From NCBI GenBank assembly GCA_964291285.2, contig OZ219787.1:288001-352000 (forward strand): a stretch of DNA of 64,000 bases, read 5' to 3'. The notes beneath the pieces are model-generated. The model was not told the origin of the DNA. It was given only the letters and a program-made list of their open reading frames with translations, and did not search any database. This DNA is from Alphaproteobacteria bacterium (GTDB taxonomy: Bacteria; Pseudomonadota; Alphaproteobacteria; Bin95). A program made the translations under genes and the position numbers. Shown in pieces: positions 37,955 through 49,258 of this stretch. Within the stretch, counting starts at the first letter, position 1. Each line of letters begins with the position of its first letter.

Positions 37955-38176
37955 TCAGGCCTCGACGACGGCGACTTCCTGGCCTTCCTCGACCGCCTCG
38001 CCTTCCTCGACCAGAATTTCGGCGACCCGGCCCGCTTGAGGCGCGCCCACCGGAATCTCCATCTTCATCGACTCCAGTATGACCACCGGATCGTCCTCCG
38101 CCACCTCGTCGCCGACCTCGACCTCGATCTTGAACACCGTCCCCGGTATCTCGGACAGCACAGGCACCGCCGCCAT
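37955..38176 (-). CDS. Stand-alone biotin carboxyl carrier protein
   Basis: 73 aa with ILESMKMEIPV. Confidence 0.85.
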   Translation of the reverse strand: MAAVPVLSEIPGTVFKIEVEVGDEVAEDDPVVILESMKMEIPVGAPQAGRVAEILVEEGEAVEEGQEVAVVEA

Positions 38177-38189
38177 GAACCCCACCCCC

Positions 38190-38750
38190 TCAGTCTCGCC
38201 CCTCCCTGTTAGGCGGAAGGGCGGAAAAGCGCAAGAAGGCGAGCGCCGTGCGGCCGTAGCGGCGGCGGTCGATGAGGCCGGGCAGGTCGGGCGCATCGTC
38301 ATGCGCGCTCTCGACGACGACCAGCGCGCCGGGCCGGAGCCAGCCCTCGCGGCCGAGCGCGGCGAGCGCCGGCGCGGCCAGCCCGGAGCGCCAGGGCGGG
38401 TCCAGCCAGGCGATATCGTGGGCCGCGGGCGCGGGCCCCGGTGAGGCGGCGTCGCGGGCGTGGATCGTGCCGGCATCGCCGACATTGCCGCGGAGCAGGG
38501 CGAGCGCCGCAGGATCGCTCTCGATGAAGGACGCCCGCGCCGCGCCGCGCGAAAGCGCCTCCAGCCCGACCGCGCCCGTGCCGGCGAAGACATCGAGGAA
38601 GGCCGCGCCTTCGAGCGGCGGGTCGAGCCCGGCATGGACCAGCCGGTTGAACGCCGCCTCGCGCACCCGCTCGGCCGTCGGGCGCACGGAGCGGTCCGCC
38701 GGCACGGCAAGCCGCCGCCCGCGCCAGCGCCCGCCGGTAATGCGGATCAC
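38190..38750 (-). CDS. rsmD: 16S rRNA (guanine966-N2)-methyltransferase
   Basis: RITGG..RGR.L, RPT..RVREA.FN, LDVFAGTGAVGLEALSRGA, DPPW. Confidence 0.9.
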   Translation of the reverse strand: MIRITGGRWRGRRLAVPADRSVRPTAERVREAAFNRLVHAGLDPPLEGAAFLDVFAGTGAVGLEALSRGAARASFIESDPAALALLRGNVGDAGTIHARDAASPGPAPAAHDIAWLDPPWRSGLAAPALAALGREGWLRPGALVVVESAHDDAPDLPGLIDRRRYGRTALAFLRFSALPPNREGRD

Positions 38751-38888
38751 GGCGCGGTTCGAACCATGCGGACGGCTCGCCTCCTCAATTGCCGGGCGGG
38801 CCCCGATAACCTAGACTGAAAACAGCTATTCGGGCGGTTGCCGACACTCGGGGTTGCGCGCCGCCCGGTTTTCTCAAGGGAGAACGCT

Positions 38889-40067
38889 ATGCGAAAGATC
38901 CTCATTGCATTTGCAGCCCTGTTCGCAATGGCATCGGCGGAAGCCGCCGAAGTCAAGATCGGCGTGATGATGGGCTTTACCGGGCCGATCGAATCGCTGA
39001 CGCCGGACATGGCGGCCGGCGCGGAACTCGCGATCAGCGAAGTCAATGACAGCAAGGGCCTGCTCGGCGGCGCGGCCGTGACGCCGGTGCGCGGCGACAC
39101 GACCTGCATCGATTCCGCGGCGGCAAGCGCGGCGGCGGAGCGGCTGATCACCGCCGACCGGGTGAACGCCATCGTCGGCGGCGACTGCTCGGGCGTGACC
39201 ACGGCCATGCTGCAGAATGTGGCCATGCCGAACGGCACCGTCATGATCTCGCCGTCGGCCACCTCGCCGGCGCTCTCCACGCTGGAGGACAACGGCCTGT
39301 TCTTCCGCACCGCGCCCTCCGACGCCCGCCAGGGGCAGGTGATTTCCGAGGTGCTGAAGGAGCGGGGTGTGGGGACCATCGCCATCACCTATACCAACAA
39401 CGACTACGGCAAGGGCCTCGCCGACAGCATCGCCACCAATTTCAAGGCGATGGGCGGCACGGTGACCATCGAGGCCGCGCACGAGGACGGCAAGGGCGAC
39501 TATGCGGCCGAAGTCGCCGCGCTCGCGGCCGCCGGCGGGGACGTGCTCGTGGTCGCAGGCTATCTCGACCAGGGCGGCAAGGGCATCATCCAGGGCGCGC
39601 TCGATACCGGCGCGTTCGAGACCTTCGTGCTGCCCGACGGCATGGTCGGCGACAGCCTGGTCGAGGCCATCGGGGCGGACCTCAACGGCTCCTTCGGAAC
39701 GGTGCCGGGCACGGACAGCACCGGGGCCGCGACCTTCGCCGAGATGGCGGGCGCCGCGGGCTTCAAGGCCGGCCCGTTCACGGGCGAGGCCTATGACGCC
39801 GCCGCCCTCATCATGCTGGCCATGCAGGCCGCCGGCTCCGCCGACAGCGGCAAGCTGAAGGGCCATGTGATGGCGGTCGCCAACGCGCCCGGAGAGAAGA
39901 TCCATCCGGGCGAGCTCGGCAAGGCGCTCGAAATCATCGCCGGCGGCGGCGACGTGGACTATGTCGGCGCGTCTGCGGTCGAGCTGATCGGCCAGGGCGA
40001 GAGCGCGGGCAACTACCGCGAGATCGCGGTCGAGGACGGCAAGATCACCACCGTCCGGTACCGCTGA
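38889..40067 (+). CDS. Branched-chain amino acid type ABC substrate-binding protein
   Basis: Signal peptide, SPSATSPAL, FFRTAPSD, NNDYGKGL. Confidence 0.9.
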   Translation: MRKILIAFAALFAMASAEAAEVKIGVMMGFTGPIESLTPDMAAGAELAISEVNDSKGLLGGAAVTPVRGDTTCIDSAAASAAAERLITADRVNAIVGGDCSGVTTAMLQNVAMPNGTVMISPSATSPALSTLEDNGLFFRTAPSDARQGQVISEVLKERGVGTIAITYTNNDYGKGLADSIATNFKAMGGTVTIEAAHEDGKGDYAAEVAALAAAGGDVLVVAGYLDQGGKGIIQGALDTGAFETFVLPDGMVGDSLVEAIGADLNGSFGTVPGTDSTGAATFAEMAGAAGFKAGPFTGEAYDAAALIMLAMQAAGSADSGKLKGHVMAVANAPGEKIHPGELGKALEIIAGGGDVDYVGASAVELIGQGESAGNYREIAVEDGKITTVRYR

Positions 40068-40092
40068 CGGCAAAGCGGGCGGCGCGGGCGCG

Positions 40093-40866
40093 GTGATCCG
40101 CGTCGCCGGGGTCTCCAAGCGCTTCGGCGGCGTCGCGGCCGTGGACGGCGCAACCCTGGAGATCGCCGAGGGCTCGATCACCGGGCTGATCGGCCCGAAC
40201 GGCGCGGGCAAGACCACGCTGTTCAACCTGATCGCGGGCGTGCTCGCGCCCGATTCGGGGCGCATTTTCCTCGGCGCGGAGGACGTGACCGGCCTCAAGC
40301 CGCACCGGCTTTTCCACCGGGGCCTGCTGCGGACCTTCCAGATCGCGCACGAGTTCTCCACGCTCACGCTCCGCGAGAACCTGATGACCGTGCCCGCGCA
40401 CCAGACCGGGGAGAGCCTTCTGGGAGCCTGGCTGCAACCCGGCGCGGTTCGCGAGGAGGAGCGCGCGAACCGGGAGAAGGCCGACGAAGTGATTGACTTC
40501 CTCGGCCTCGGCCCTGTCGCCGACGAGCGGGCCGGCAACCTCTCGGGCGGCCAGAAGAAGCTGCTGGAGCTCGGGCGGACGATGATGGCCGATGCCCGCA
40601 TCGTGCTGCTGGACGAGGTCGGCGCCGGCGTCAACCGCACCCTGCTGCGCCGGATTACCGAGTCCATCCTCCGCCTGAACCTGGAGCGCGGCTACACCTT
40701 CTGCATGATCGAGCACGACATGGAGTTCATCTCGCGGCTCTGCGACCCGGTGATCGTGATGGTGGAAGGCCGGGTGCTGACCCAGGGGCCGGCCGACCGG
40801 ATCATGGCGGATGAAGCGGTGATCGAGGCCTATCTCGGCCGGGGCGCGGCGGCGGACCGGACATGA
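40093..40866 (+). CDS. ABC ATP-binding protein (LivG-like)
   Basis: GPNGAGKTT, RTFQ, LSGGQKK, IEHDM. Confidence 0.92.
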   Translation: MIRVAGVSKRFGGVAAVDGATLEIAEGSITGLIGPNGAGKTTLFNLIAGVLAPDSGRIFLGAEDVTGLKPHRLFHRGLLRTFQIAHEFSTLTLRENLMTVPAHQTGESLLGAWLQPGAVREEERANREKADEVIDFLGLGPVADERAGNLSGGQKKLLELGRTMMADARIVLLDEVGAGVNRTLLRRITESILRLNLERGYTFCMIEHDMEFISRLCDPVIVMVEGRVLTQGPADRIMADEAVIEAYLGRGAAADRT

Positions 40867-41567
40867 CCTTCCTCGAGGGCGAGGCCATGACCGGCGGCTA
40901 TGGCGGGGCCGACATCATCCGCGGCTGCGCCATCGCCGTGGAGCGCGGCGAGATCGCCGTCATCGTCGGCCCGAACGGGGCGGGCAAGTCCACGGCCATG
41001 AAGGCGCTGCTCGGCATGGTGCGGCTCCGCTCCGGCACGGTGCGGCTCGGCGGCGAGGACATCACCGGCCTCTCGCCCCAGGACAGGGTCGGGCGCGGCA
41101 TGGCCTTCGTGCCGCAGACCGACAATGTGTTCGCAACCCTGACGGTGCGCGAAAACCTTGAGATGGGTGCGTTCCTCCGGCGCGAGGGCGTCGGGGAAAC
41201 CATGGAACGGGTCTTCGACCTCTTCCCGGCCGTCCGGGAGAACCGGGACCGGCCGGCGGGCGAGCTCTCGGGCGGCCAGCGCCAGCAGGTCGCTGTCGGC
41301 CGCGCGCTGATGACCGAGCCCGCGGTGCTGATGCTGGACGAGCCGACGGCCGGCGTTTCGCCCATCGTGATGGACGACCTGTTCCAGCGCATGCTGGAGA
41401 TCCGCGGCGCCGGCATCGCGATCCTGATGGCGGAACAGAACGCCCGCCAGGCGCTCGCCATCGCCGACCGGGGCTATGTGCTCGTCACCGGCGAGAACCG
41501 CTTCACCGATACGGGCGCGGCGCTCCTCGCCGATCCGGAAGTGCGCCGGTCCTTTCTCGGAGGCTGA
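40863..41567 (+). CDS. ABC ATP-binding protein (LivF-like)
   Basis: GPNGAGKST, LSGGQRQ, LDEPT, EQNA. Confidence 0.92.
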   Translation: MTFLEGEAMTGGYGGADIIRGCAIAVERGEIAVIVGPNGAGKSTAMKALLGMVRLRSGTVRLGGEDITGLSPQDRVGRGMAFVPQTDNVFATLTVRENLEMGAFLRREGVGETMERVFDLFPAVRENRDRPAGELSGGQRQQVAVGRALMTEPAVLMLDEPTAGVSPIVMDDLFQRMLEIRGAGIAILMAEQNARQALAIADRGYVLVTGENRFTDTGAALLADPEVRRSFLGG

Positions 41568-41570
41568 GGG

Positions 41571-42587
41571 GTGCCGGCCGACCTCCTGAATGCAACGGTC
41601 CTGCTCGGCAACTATGTCCTCGTGCCGGGGCTCGCCTACGCGGCGCAGCTTGCGCTCGGGGCGCTCGGCATCACGCTCGTCTTCGGCATACTGCGCTTCG
41701 CCAATCTGGCCCATGGCGACCTGATGGCCTTCGGCACCATGGCAACCATTCTCGCGACCTGGCTGCTCCAGGCCTGGGGCGCCGGCCTCGGGCCCCTGCC
41801 GACGGCGCTCCTGGCGCTCCCCTTCGGCATCCTCGCCGCCATCGCCGCCGCGCTCGCCGCCGACCGGCTGGTGTTCCGTTTCTACCGCCGGCAGCGCAGC
41901 GCCCCCATCGTGCTCGTCATGGCCTCGCTCGGCGTCATGTTCCTGCTGAACGGCGCGGTGCGCTTCATCATCGGGCCCGGCGACCGGCAATTCACGGACG
42001 GCGAGCGCTTCGTCGTGAAGGCGCGGGAATTCAAGCGCGCCACGGGGCTCGCCGAAGGCCTCTCGATCAAGACGACGCAATGCCTGACCGTCGTCATTGC
42101 CATCATCGCCGTCTTCCTGCTCTTCCGCTTCCTGCAGCGCACCCGGACGGGCAAGTCCATGCGCGCCTACTCCGACAATGAGGACCTGGCGCTGCTTTCC
42201 GGCATAAATCCCGAGCGCGTCGTGCTCATCGCCTGGGCGATCGCGGCGGCGCTCGCCGCCATTGCGGGCGCGCTTTACGGCCTCGACAAGAGCTTCAAGC
42301 CCTTCACCTATTTCCAGCTCCTGCTGCCGATGTTCGCCGCCGCGATACTGGGCGGCATCGGCCAGCCGGTCGGCGCCATCGTCGGCGCGGTGATCGTCGC
42401 CTTCTCCGAGGTCACCGTCACCTATGCCTGGAAGAAGTTCCTGCACTACCTGCTGCCCGGTCCCTGGCAGCCGGACGGCCTCGCCCAGCTGCTCTCGACC
42501 GACTACAAGTTCGCCGTCTCCTTCATGATCCTGGTGCTCGTCCTGCTGCTCCGGCCGTCGGGCATATTCCGGGGGCGGGTGCTGTGA
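41571..42587 (+). CDS. ABC permease (LivH-like)
   Basis: GILRFANLAHGD, GKSMRA, AAILGGIG. Confidence 0.9.
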   Translation: MPADLLNATVLLGNYVLVPGLAYAAQLALGALGITLVFGILRFANLAHGDLMAFGTMATILATWLLQAWGAGLGPLPTALLALPFGILAAIAAALAADRLVFRFYRRQRSAPIVLVMASLGVMFLLNGAVRFIIGPGDRQFTDGERFVVKAREFKRATGLAEGLSIKTTQCLTVVIAIIAVFLLFRFLQRTRTGKSMRAYSDNEDLALLSGINPERVVLIAWAIAAALAAIAGALYGLDKSFKPFTYFQLLLPMFAAAILGGIGQPVGAIVGAVIVAFSEVTVTYAWKKFLHYLLPGPWQPDGLAQLLSTDYKFAVSFMILVLVLLLRPSGIFRGRVL

Positions 42588-43945
42588 CGCCGGCGCTCAG
42601 GAACGCGACGGCGCTCGCCATTGTGGGCGCGGGGCTGGCCGCGGTCGGCTTCGGCCAGTCCTGGCCGCTGGCGCTGGCGGTGCTCAATCTCTGTCTCATC
42701 TCCGCCCTCATGTCGCTCGCGGTGAACATCCAGTGGGGTTATGCGGGCCTCTTCAATATCGGCATCATGGGATTCGCGGCGCTGGGCGGGCTTGCGGGCG
42801 TGCTCGTCTCCCGCCCGCCCGTGCCGGCCGCCTGGGCGGCGGGCGGCGGCGGGCTGTTCATCGCGCTCCTCATCCTGATGGCGGCGGGCGGGCTTGCGCT
42901 GGCGCTTGCCCGATACATGCCCCGCAACCGCGCCCGCACGGCGGCGCTCGCCGCGGTCGTGCTCGTTGGGCTCTTCGGCGCGGGAGTCTTCTTCGATCCG
43001 GCGGTCGATGCCATCGAGGCGGTGGAGCCCGCGAAGACCGGCTATCTCGGCGGCCTCGGCCTGCCGATCATCCTCTCCTGGTTCGCGGGCGGGCTGCTCG
43101 CCGCCGGGGCCGCCTTCGTCATCGGGCGGATCGCGCTCGGGCTGCGCTCGGACTATTTCGCCATCGCCACGCTCGGCATATCCGAGATCGTCATCGCCGT
43201 GCTCAAGAACGAGGACTGGCTGACGCGCGGGGTGAAGAACGTGACCGGCCTCGACCGCCCGGTGCCCTACGAGGTGGACCTGCAGCGGGACCCCTGGTTC
43301 GTCGACCTCGTGGCCGTGCTGCACAGCCGGAGCCTGGAGGCGCTCTCGGGAGAGGCGCATGAAGCCGCGCTCCGGGAGTTCGCGGTCCAGTCCTCCAGCC
43401 TGTTCGTGAAGCTCTGTTATGCGGGCCTGTTCCTCGCCGTGCTGGCGGTCGTGTTCTGGCTCTCGGAGCGCGCGCTGCATTCCCCCTGGGGCCGGATGAT
43501 GCGGGCGATCCGCGACAATGAGACCGCCGCCGGCGCCATGGGCAAGGACGTGACCCGCCGCCACCGGCAGGTGTTCATACTCGGCTCCGCCGTGGTCGGC
43601 GTCGCCGGCGCCATGCTGACCACGCTCGACGGCCAGTTCACCCCGGCGGGCTACCAGCCGCTGCGCTTCACCTTCCTCATCTGGGTGATGGTGGTGGTCG
43701 GCGGCTCCGGCAACAATCTGGGCGCGGTGCTGGGCGGCTTCCTCATCTGGTTCGTCTGGATCGAGGCGGAGCCGGCGGGCCTCTGGCTGATGCAGGCGCT
43801 GACGGCGGGCCTGCCCGAAGGGAGCGCCTTCCGCGAGCACCTGCTGGAAAGCGCAGCGCATATGCGCCCGTTGGTCATGGGCCTCATCCTGCTGCTCGTC
43901 ATGCGCTTCCGCCCCCGCGGCCTCATTCCTGCCGGCGGGCGGTGA
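42584..43945 (+). CDS. ABC permease (LivM-like)
   Basis: [34 protein letters not shown]. Confidence 0.9.
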   Translation: MTPALRNATALAIVGAGLAAVGFGQSWPLALAVLNLCLISALMSLAVNIQWGYAGLFNIGIMGFAALGGLAGVLVSRPPVPAAWAAGGGGLFIALLILMAAGGLALALARYMPRNRARTAALAAVVLVGLFGAGVFFDPAVDAIEAVEPAKTGYLGGLGLPIILSWFAGGLLAAGAAFVIGRIALGLRSDYFAIATLGISEIVIAVLKNEDWLTRGVKNVTGLDRPVPYEVDLQRDPWFVDLVAVLHSRSLEALSGEAHEAALREFAVQSSSLFVKLCYAGLFLAVLAVVFWLSERALHSPWGRMMRAIRDNETAAGAMGKDVTRRHRQVFILGSAVVGVAGAMLTTLDGQFTPAGYQPLRFTFLIWVMVVVGGSGNNLGAVLGGFLIWFVWIEAEPAGLWLMQALTAGLPEGSAFREHLLESAAHMRPLVMGLILLLVMRFRPRGLIPAGGR

Positions 43946-44054
43946 GTCCCGGAGCCACGCGCAGGCCCCGCCGGACCGGTTGACCCCGACAGGGCCGAGC
44001 GCCAGAGTCCCGCCTTCCCGAAGTCCCGCGGCAATGGAGGCGGAAGCGCGCCCG

Positions 44055-44831
44055 ATGAACTACGAACATATCCTGGTCGAAACCCGGGGGGCGGTCGGCA
44101 TCGTCACCCTGAACCGCCCGGAAGCGCTGAATGCGCTTTGCGCGAAGCTGATCGAGGAGCTGGCCGGGGCGCTCGACGCCTTCGAGGCCGACGACGCCAT
44201 CGGCTGCGTCGTGGTGACGGGCTCCGAGCGCGCCTTCGCCGCCGGGGCCGACATCAAGGAGATGCAGCCCAAGACCTATATGGACGCCTATCTGGAGGAC
44301 TTCATCACCGTCGGCTGGGAGCGGGTGACGGGCTGCCGCAAGCCGGTGATCGCGGCGGTGGCGGGCTATGCGCTCGGCGGCGGCTGCGAGATGGCGATGA
44401 TGTGCGATTTCATCATCGCCGCCGACACGGCGCGGTTCGGCCAGCCCGAGATCAACCTCGGCGCGCTGCCGGGCGGCGGCGGCACGCAGCGCCTGGCGCG
44501 CTTCATCGGCAAGTCGAAGACCATGGACATGTGCCTGACGGGCCGGATGATGGATGCGGCCGAGGCCGAGCGCTCGGGCCTGGTGAGCCGCGTGGTGCCG
44601 GCCGACAAGCTGCTCGATGCGGCGGTCGAGGTCGCGGCGTCGATCGCCGCCAAGTCGCGCCCTGCCGCGATGATCACCAAGGAATGCGTCAACCGCGCCT
44701 ACGAGATGCCGCTCTCCGAGGGGGTGAAGTTCGAGCGGCGCATGTTCCACTCGACCTTCGCCACCGAGGACCAGAAGGAAGGCATGGCCGCCTTCATCGA
44801 AAAGCGCGAGCCCGTCTTCAAGGGGCGTTGA
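44055..44831 (+). CDS. Enoyl-CoA hydratase
   Basis: [40 protein letters not shown]. Confidence 0.93.
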   Translation: MNYEHILVETRGAVGIVTLNRPEALNALCAKLIEELAGALDAFEADDAIGCVVVTGSERAFAAGADIKEMQPKTYMDAYLEDFITVGWERVTGCRKPVIAAVAGYALGGGCEMAMMCDFIIAADTARFGQPEINLGALPGGGGTQRLARFIGKSKTMDMCLTGRMMDAAEAERSGLVSRVVPADKLLDAAVEVAASIAAKSRPAAMITKECVNRAYEMPLSEGVKFERRMFHSTFATEDQKEGMAAFIEKREPVFKGR

Positions 44832-44887
44832 AAGCGCGGGGCCGGTCTCGAACGGTGAGGCCGGCCTGCACTCCTTCCGAACCGCTG

Positions 44888-45706
44888 CTATGCCGTTCCG
44901 GTCTTCGCCTCAAGAAGATCGGCGCAAGAGCCTAATTCGACGCCGAAGCGGAGAAGTCCGGCAAGATTACGGTTTCCCCCACGGTGGGTAAGCCAGCAGC
45001 AACAAGTGCTCATGCCGGCACAATGCGCAAGGCGTTCAATGAATTTCTGGAATTGCTCCTGGACGGATTTCCTGACGTTATATACGAACAGGATTGCGAC
45101 CCCCGGTTGTCTGCTCGCAACATATGCTTTCAGCGCATCCGACAGCCGAGAAAAATCGTTTCTGTGAAGCCTGTTGCTACATTCATCGCCATCATCATCA
45201 CTATATGTCATTGGGTCCATGCTGAATAACCATGGCATTTGAAGATTATAAGGGCAGGATAGAATACCCGTTTGCAATTCCGTACGCCAAGAGGCGCAGC
45301 ATGCTTTGACTTTCGAGTTACGACAGGCGTGTGTAAGCCATTTATGTTTTGCAGGGCAAATTTCTGTAATGCCACCATATAGCTTTTCAGAGCCAATTAT
45401 AGCTTTCAACAACTCCAGAGAATTAGGATAGCGTTTCTCGGTCGCGCCTGTTTTCCTATAAGCGTGAACTATCGCTCTCTCGTTTCCTGATTGCCGCTTG
45501 GTGGCTTCTTTCAACGCCCATTTTATGTCCCTCCGGGTCAGTCCGGGCCTCATTTCCTGAAGTGGTATCTCGAATGGCTCGTACGGTTTCATACCGTGCG
45601 TCAGCGCCAAATGAAGCCTTCCCTCGCAATCCATGTCGGCAAGGCGCCTCGCCGCGGCAACCTCGATAGAGTGTTGCAGGTAATTTCCGTCGTTGCCTTT
45701 TGCCAT
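44888..45706 (-). CDS. Lower-GC hypothetical protein, possibly remote RlmJ-like SAM-dependent methyltransferase fold
   Basis: 272-aa intact ORF in AT-richer DNA; KGNDGNYLQH, YPNS, FSMDPMTY. Confidence 0.65.
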   Translation of the reverse strand: MAKGNDGNYLQHSIEVAAARRLADMDCEGRLHLALTHGMKPYEPFEIPLQEMRPGLTRRDIKWALKEATKRQSGNERAIVHAYRKTGATEKRYPNSLELLKAIIGSEKLYGGITEICPAKHKWLTHACRNSKVKACCASWRTELQTGILSCPYNLQMPWLFSMDPMTYSDDDGDECSNRLHRNDFSRLSDALKAYVASRQPGVAILFVYNVRKSVQEQFQKFIERLAHCAGMSTCCCWLTHRGGNRNLAGLLRFGVELGSCADLLEAKTGTA

Positions 45707-45728
45707 GTCACCGTTCGCCCCGGTAACC

Positions 45729-47396
45729 TCACCCCACTGGCAATGCGCGCGTCAGGATGGCGTCCGTGTCCGTGCCGGGCGGCAGAGTGCCGTAGGCGCC
45801 GGTCCAGCGGTCGCCCAGCCGGCTGGCGCAGAAGGCGTCGGCGACCGCCTGCGGCGCGTGGCGGACGAGCAGGGAGGCCTGCAGCGCCAGCGCCATCCGC
45901 TCGGTGAGCGCCCGGGCGCCGGACTCGAACTCTTCCGGCTTTGAGAGGTCGTCCCGGAGCGCGTCGGCCGCCCCGTCGAGCCCCGGATGCGCGCCGCGCG
46001 CGGCGTCGATCTCCGCCAGCAGCGCCGGCACGGCCTCCTCCTCGCGGGCCATGGCGCGCAGCACGTCGAGGCAAAGCACGTTGCCCGAGCCTTCCCAGAT
46101 GCTGTTGAGCGGCGCTTCCCTGTAGAGTCGGGCCATCGGCCCGTCCTCGATGTAGCCGGGGCCGCCATGGCACTCCAGCGCCTCGAACGCATGGCCCGGC
46201 GCGCGCTTGCAGACCCAGTATTTGGCAATCGCCGTGCTGATGCGCGCGAAGGCCCGCGCCTGCGGACCGTCTTCGGCCTCGTCCACGGCGCGGGCGGTCC
46301 TGAGGCCGAGCGCCAGCGCCGCCTCGGCTTCCAGCGCAAGGTCGGCCAGCACATTGCGCATGAGCGGCTGGTCGGCGAGCCGGCGCTGGAAGGCGCTGCG
46401 GTGGCGGGTGTGGTGAAGGGCCTGCACGACGCCCTGGCGCATCAGGGCCGCGGAGCTGACCGCGCAATAGAGCCGGTTGCCCTGCACCATGTCGATGATG
46501 GTGCGGATGCCGCGCCCGTCCTCGCCGACCATGACGGCCCAGGCGTCCTCCAGCTCGATCTCGACGGAGGCGTTGGAGCGGTTGCCGAGCTTGTCCTTGA
46601 TATGCCGGATCGAGATGGCGTTGCGCTCGCCCTCCGGCGTCCAGCGGGGCAGCAGGAAGCAGGAAATGCCGGCATCGGTCCGGGCAAGCGTCAGGAAGGC
46701 GTCCGACATCGGCGCTGAGCAGAAATATTTGTGCCCGGTGAGCCGCCAGGCGCCGTCCGCACCACCGTTCGCCGGCCTCGCGACGGTCGAGTTGGAGCGG
46801 ACGTCGGACCCGCCCTGCTTCTCGGTCATGAACATGCCGACGGTGCCGCCGGGCTTGTCCTCCACCGGCACATCGCGCCCGTCATAACGGCCGGACAGCG
46901 CGCGCGGGACCCAGGCTTCGGCGATGGCCGGCGACGCCCTGAGCGCGGGGACCGCCGCGTAGGTCATCGCCATCGAGCACATCACGCCGCATTCCACCTG
47001 GCTGATCAGGTAGGTCAGCGCCATATGGCCGACATGCGCGCCCGGCCCGGCATGGTTCCAGGCGAAGCTCGCAACCTCGTTCCCGACCGCGAGCGCCATC
47101 AGGTCGTGATAGGCGGGGTGGTATTCGACCCGGTCGATCCGCATGCCGTAGCGGTCGAAGGGTTTCAGTTCTGGACCGTGGCGGTTGGCCTGTTCCGCCT
47201 TCTCCGCCACTTCGGCGCGGCCGATAAGGCGCCCGAACGCGGCGATGCGGTCCTCCGCCCAGGCTGCGCCCTCGCGCCGCACGCCTTCCCGGAGCGCCGC
47301 GTCCTCGGCCCAGAGGTCCCGGTCGCCCATGTGCGGCGGCATGTTGAAGACGTCATGTGTCGCCAGCGCCGCGCGCGGCCTGAGCGGAGCGGTCAA
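45729..47396 (-). CDS. aidB: AidB-like acyl-CoA dehydrogenase
   Basis: [51 protein letters not shown]. Confidence 0.85.
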   Translation of the reverse strand: MTAPLRPRAALATHDVFNMPPHMGDRDLWAEDAALREGVRREGAAWAEDRIAAFGRLIGRAEVAEKAEQANRHGPELKPFDRYGMRIDRVEYHPAYHDLMALAVGNEVASFAWNHAGPGAHVGHMALTYLISQVECGVMCSMAMTYAAVPALRASPAIAEAWVPRALSGRYDGRDVPVEDKPGGTVGMFMTEKQGGSDVRSNSTVARPANGGADGAWRLTGHKYFCSAPMSDAFLTLARTDAGISCFLLPRWTPEGERNAISIRHIKDKLGNRSNASVEIELEDAWAVMVGEDGRGIRTIIDMVQGNRLYCAVSSAALMRQGVVQALHHTRHRSAFQRRLADQPLMRNVLADLALEAEAALALGLRTARAVDEAEDGPQARAFARISTAIAKYWVCKRAPGHAFEALECHGGPGYIEDGPMARLYREAPLNSIWEGSGNVLCLDVLRAMAREEEAVPALLAEIDAARGAHPGLDGAADALRDDLSKPEEFESGARALTERMALALQASLLVRHAPQAVADAFCASRLGDRWTGAYGTLPPGTDTDAILTRALPVG

Positions 47397-49258
47397 CGCG
47401 CCGGCCTGGGGGCGCCGCGCGCCTGGCGGCGGCGGCTTTCCTCGTCGAAGAGGCCGGCGAGCTGCTCCATCATCGCCCCGCCGAGCTGGTCGGCGTCGAA
47501 GATCGTCACCGCATGGCGGTAATAGCGGGTCACGTCATGGCCGATGCCGATGGCGATCAGCTCCACCGGTGAGCGCGTCTCGATCCACTCGATGACCTCG
47601 CGCAGATGGCGTTCGAGATAGTTGCCGGGATTGACCGAAAGCGTGGAATCGTCCACCGGCGCGCCGTCCGAGATGACCATGAGGATGCGCCTGTCCTCCG
47701 GCCGGCCGAGCAGGCGTTGGTGCGCCCAGAGCAGCGCCTCGCCGTCGATGTTCTCCTTCAATATGCCCTCGCGGAGCATCAGGCCCAGATTCCTGCGCGC
47801 CCGGCGCAGCGGTGAGTCGGCCTCCTTGTAGACGATGTGGCGCAGGTCGTTCAGCCGGCCCGGATTGGCGGGCTTGCCGGCCGCGAGCCACTTCTCGCGC
47901 GACTGCCCGCCCTTCCAGGCGCGGGTGGTGAAGCCCAGAACCTCGGTCTTGACCCCGCAGCGCTCCAGCGTGCGGGCGAGAATGTCGGCGCTCATTGCCG
48001 CGACCGAGATCGGCCGGCCCCGCATGGAGCCGGAATTGTCGATCAGCAGCGACACCACCGTGTCGCGGAAATCGGTCTGCTTCTCCATCTTGTAGGAGAG
48101 CGAGCGGATCGGGTCGGCCACGACGCGCGCGAGGCGGGCGGCGTCCAGCAGCCCCTCCTCCAGGTCGAACTCCCAGGCCCGCACCTGCTGGGCCATCAGG
48201 CGGCGCTGCAGGCGGTTGGCGAGCCGGCTGACGACCCCCTGGAGGCTCGCAAGCTGCTGGTCGAGATGGTGGCGCAGGCGGGCGAGCTCGTCCGCATCGC
48301 ACAGCTCTTCGGCATGGACGATCTCGTCGAACTCCCCGGTCCATGGCATGTAGGCCGGCCCGGCATTGTCATTGCGGCCGTGCATCGGGTGTTCCTGCGG
48401 CGAGGACCGGCCGGGCTCCTCGTCGCCCATGCCCGGCATGATCTCCGCATCGGCGTCGTCCGCGCCGGCCTCCCCGGTATCCTCTCCCTCGACATCCGAC
48501 ATGTCCGAGGCATCCGACATCAGCGTCCCGTCGCTCTCGCCCTCGGTCCCGTCGCCCTCGCCGTCCTCGGACGAATCGTCGGCGTCGTCTTCGGAGCCTT
48601 CCTCCTCGCCGGATGCCGCATCGTCGAGCAGCTCCAGGTCTTCCATCAGGCGCCCGGCGAGCGCCGCAAACGCCTCCTGGTCGTGAATCTGGCCGGCCAT
48701 GCGGGCGAACGCCTTTGCGGCGCGCTCGTCGAACCAGTCCCGCCAGAGGTCGAGCACCCCGGACGCCACGGGCGAGGAGGCCTGTCCGCTGAGCGTTTCG
48801 CGGGCATAGAGGCCGACGGCCTCCGCCAGCGGCACGTCATCGGCCGAGGCGGCGCGGGTGAAACCCTGCCGCCGGCAGCGCTCATCGACGGCCGCGGAGA
48901 GGTTGCGCGCCGCGCCCGTCATGTGGCGTGCGCCCCAAGCCTCGACCCGCGCCTGTTCCAGCGCATCGAACACGGCGCGCGCCTGCGGGCCGCCGCGCGC
49001 GAGCCGCGCATGCATCTCGGCGTCGTGATGGCGCTCGCGCAGGGCCAGGGAATCGGCTTCGCCGCGCACGAAGGCGGCTTCGGCCGCCGGCAGGTCGCGC
49101 CCCGGCATCGGCAGCTTGGCGTGGCCCCGCTCCAGCGACGCCCGGTCGGGTCCGAAGGAGACTTCCAGCTCGTCCATGTCGCCGATCGCGCGCATGGTGG
49201 CGGCCGTCACCCGCTTGAACGAGTCGAGCGGCGTCTCCTTGTCCCCGGCAAGGCTCAT
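47393..49258 (-). CDS. cobT: Cobaltochelatase subunit CobT
   Basis: [22 protein letters not shown], v[23 protein letters not shown]. Confidence 0.95.
   Translation of the reverse strand: MSLAGDKETPLDSFKRVTAATMRAIGDMDELEVSFGPDRASLERGHAKLPMPGRDLPAAEAAFVRGEADSLALRERHHDAEMHARLARGGPQARAVFDALEQARVEAWGARHMTGAARNLSAAVDERCRRQGFTRAASADDVPLAEAVGLYARETLSGQASSPVASGVLDLWRDWFDERAAKAFARMAGQIHDQEAFAALAGRLMEDLELLDDAASGEEEGSEDDADDSSEDGEGDGTEGESDGTLMSDASDMSDVEGEDTGEAGADDADAEIMPGMGDEEPGRSSPQEHPMHGRNDNAGPAYMPWTGEFDEIVHAEELCDADELARLRHHLDQQLASLQGVVSRLANRLQRRLMAQQVRAWEFDLEEGLLDAARLARVVADPIRSLSYKMEKQTDFRDTVVSLLIDNSGSMRGRPISVAAMSADILARTLERCGVKTEVLGFTTRAWKGGQSREKWLAAGKPANPGRLNDLRHIVYKEADSPLRRARRNLGLMLREGILKENIDGEALLWAHQRLLGRPEDRRILMVISDGAPVDDSTLSVNPGNYLERHLREVIEWIETRSPVELIAIGIGHDVTRYYRHAVTIFDADQLGGAMMEQLAGLFDEESRRRQARGAPRPAR

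Noticed and set aside
44849-45717. 10-bp inverted repeat CGAACGGTGA flanking the low-GC gene
   Set aside because: Too short, no target duplication, and the left copy lies within a terminator-like hairpin.
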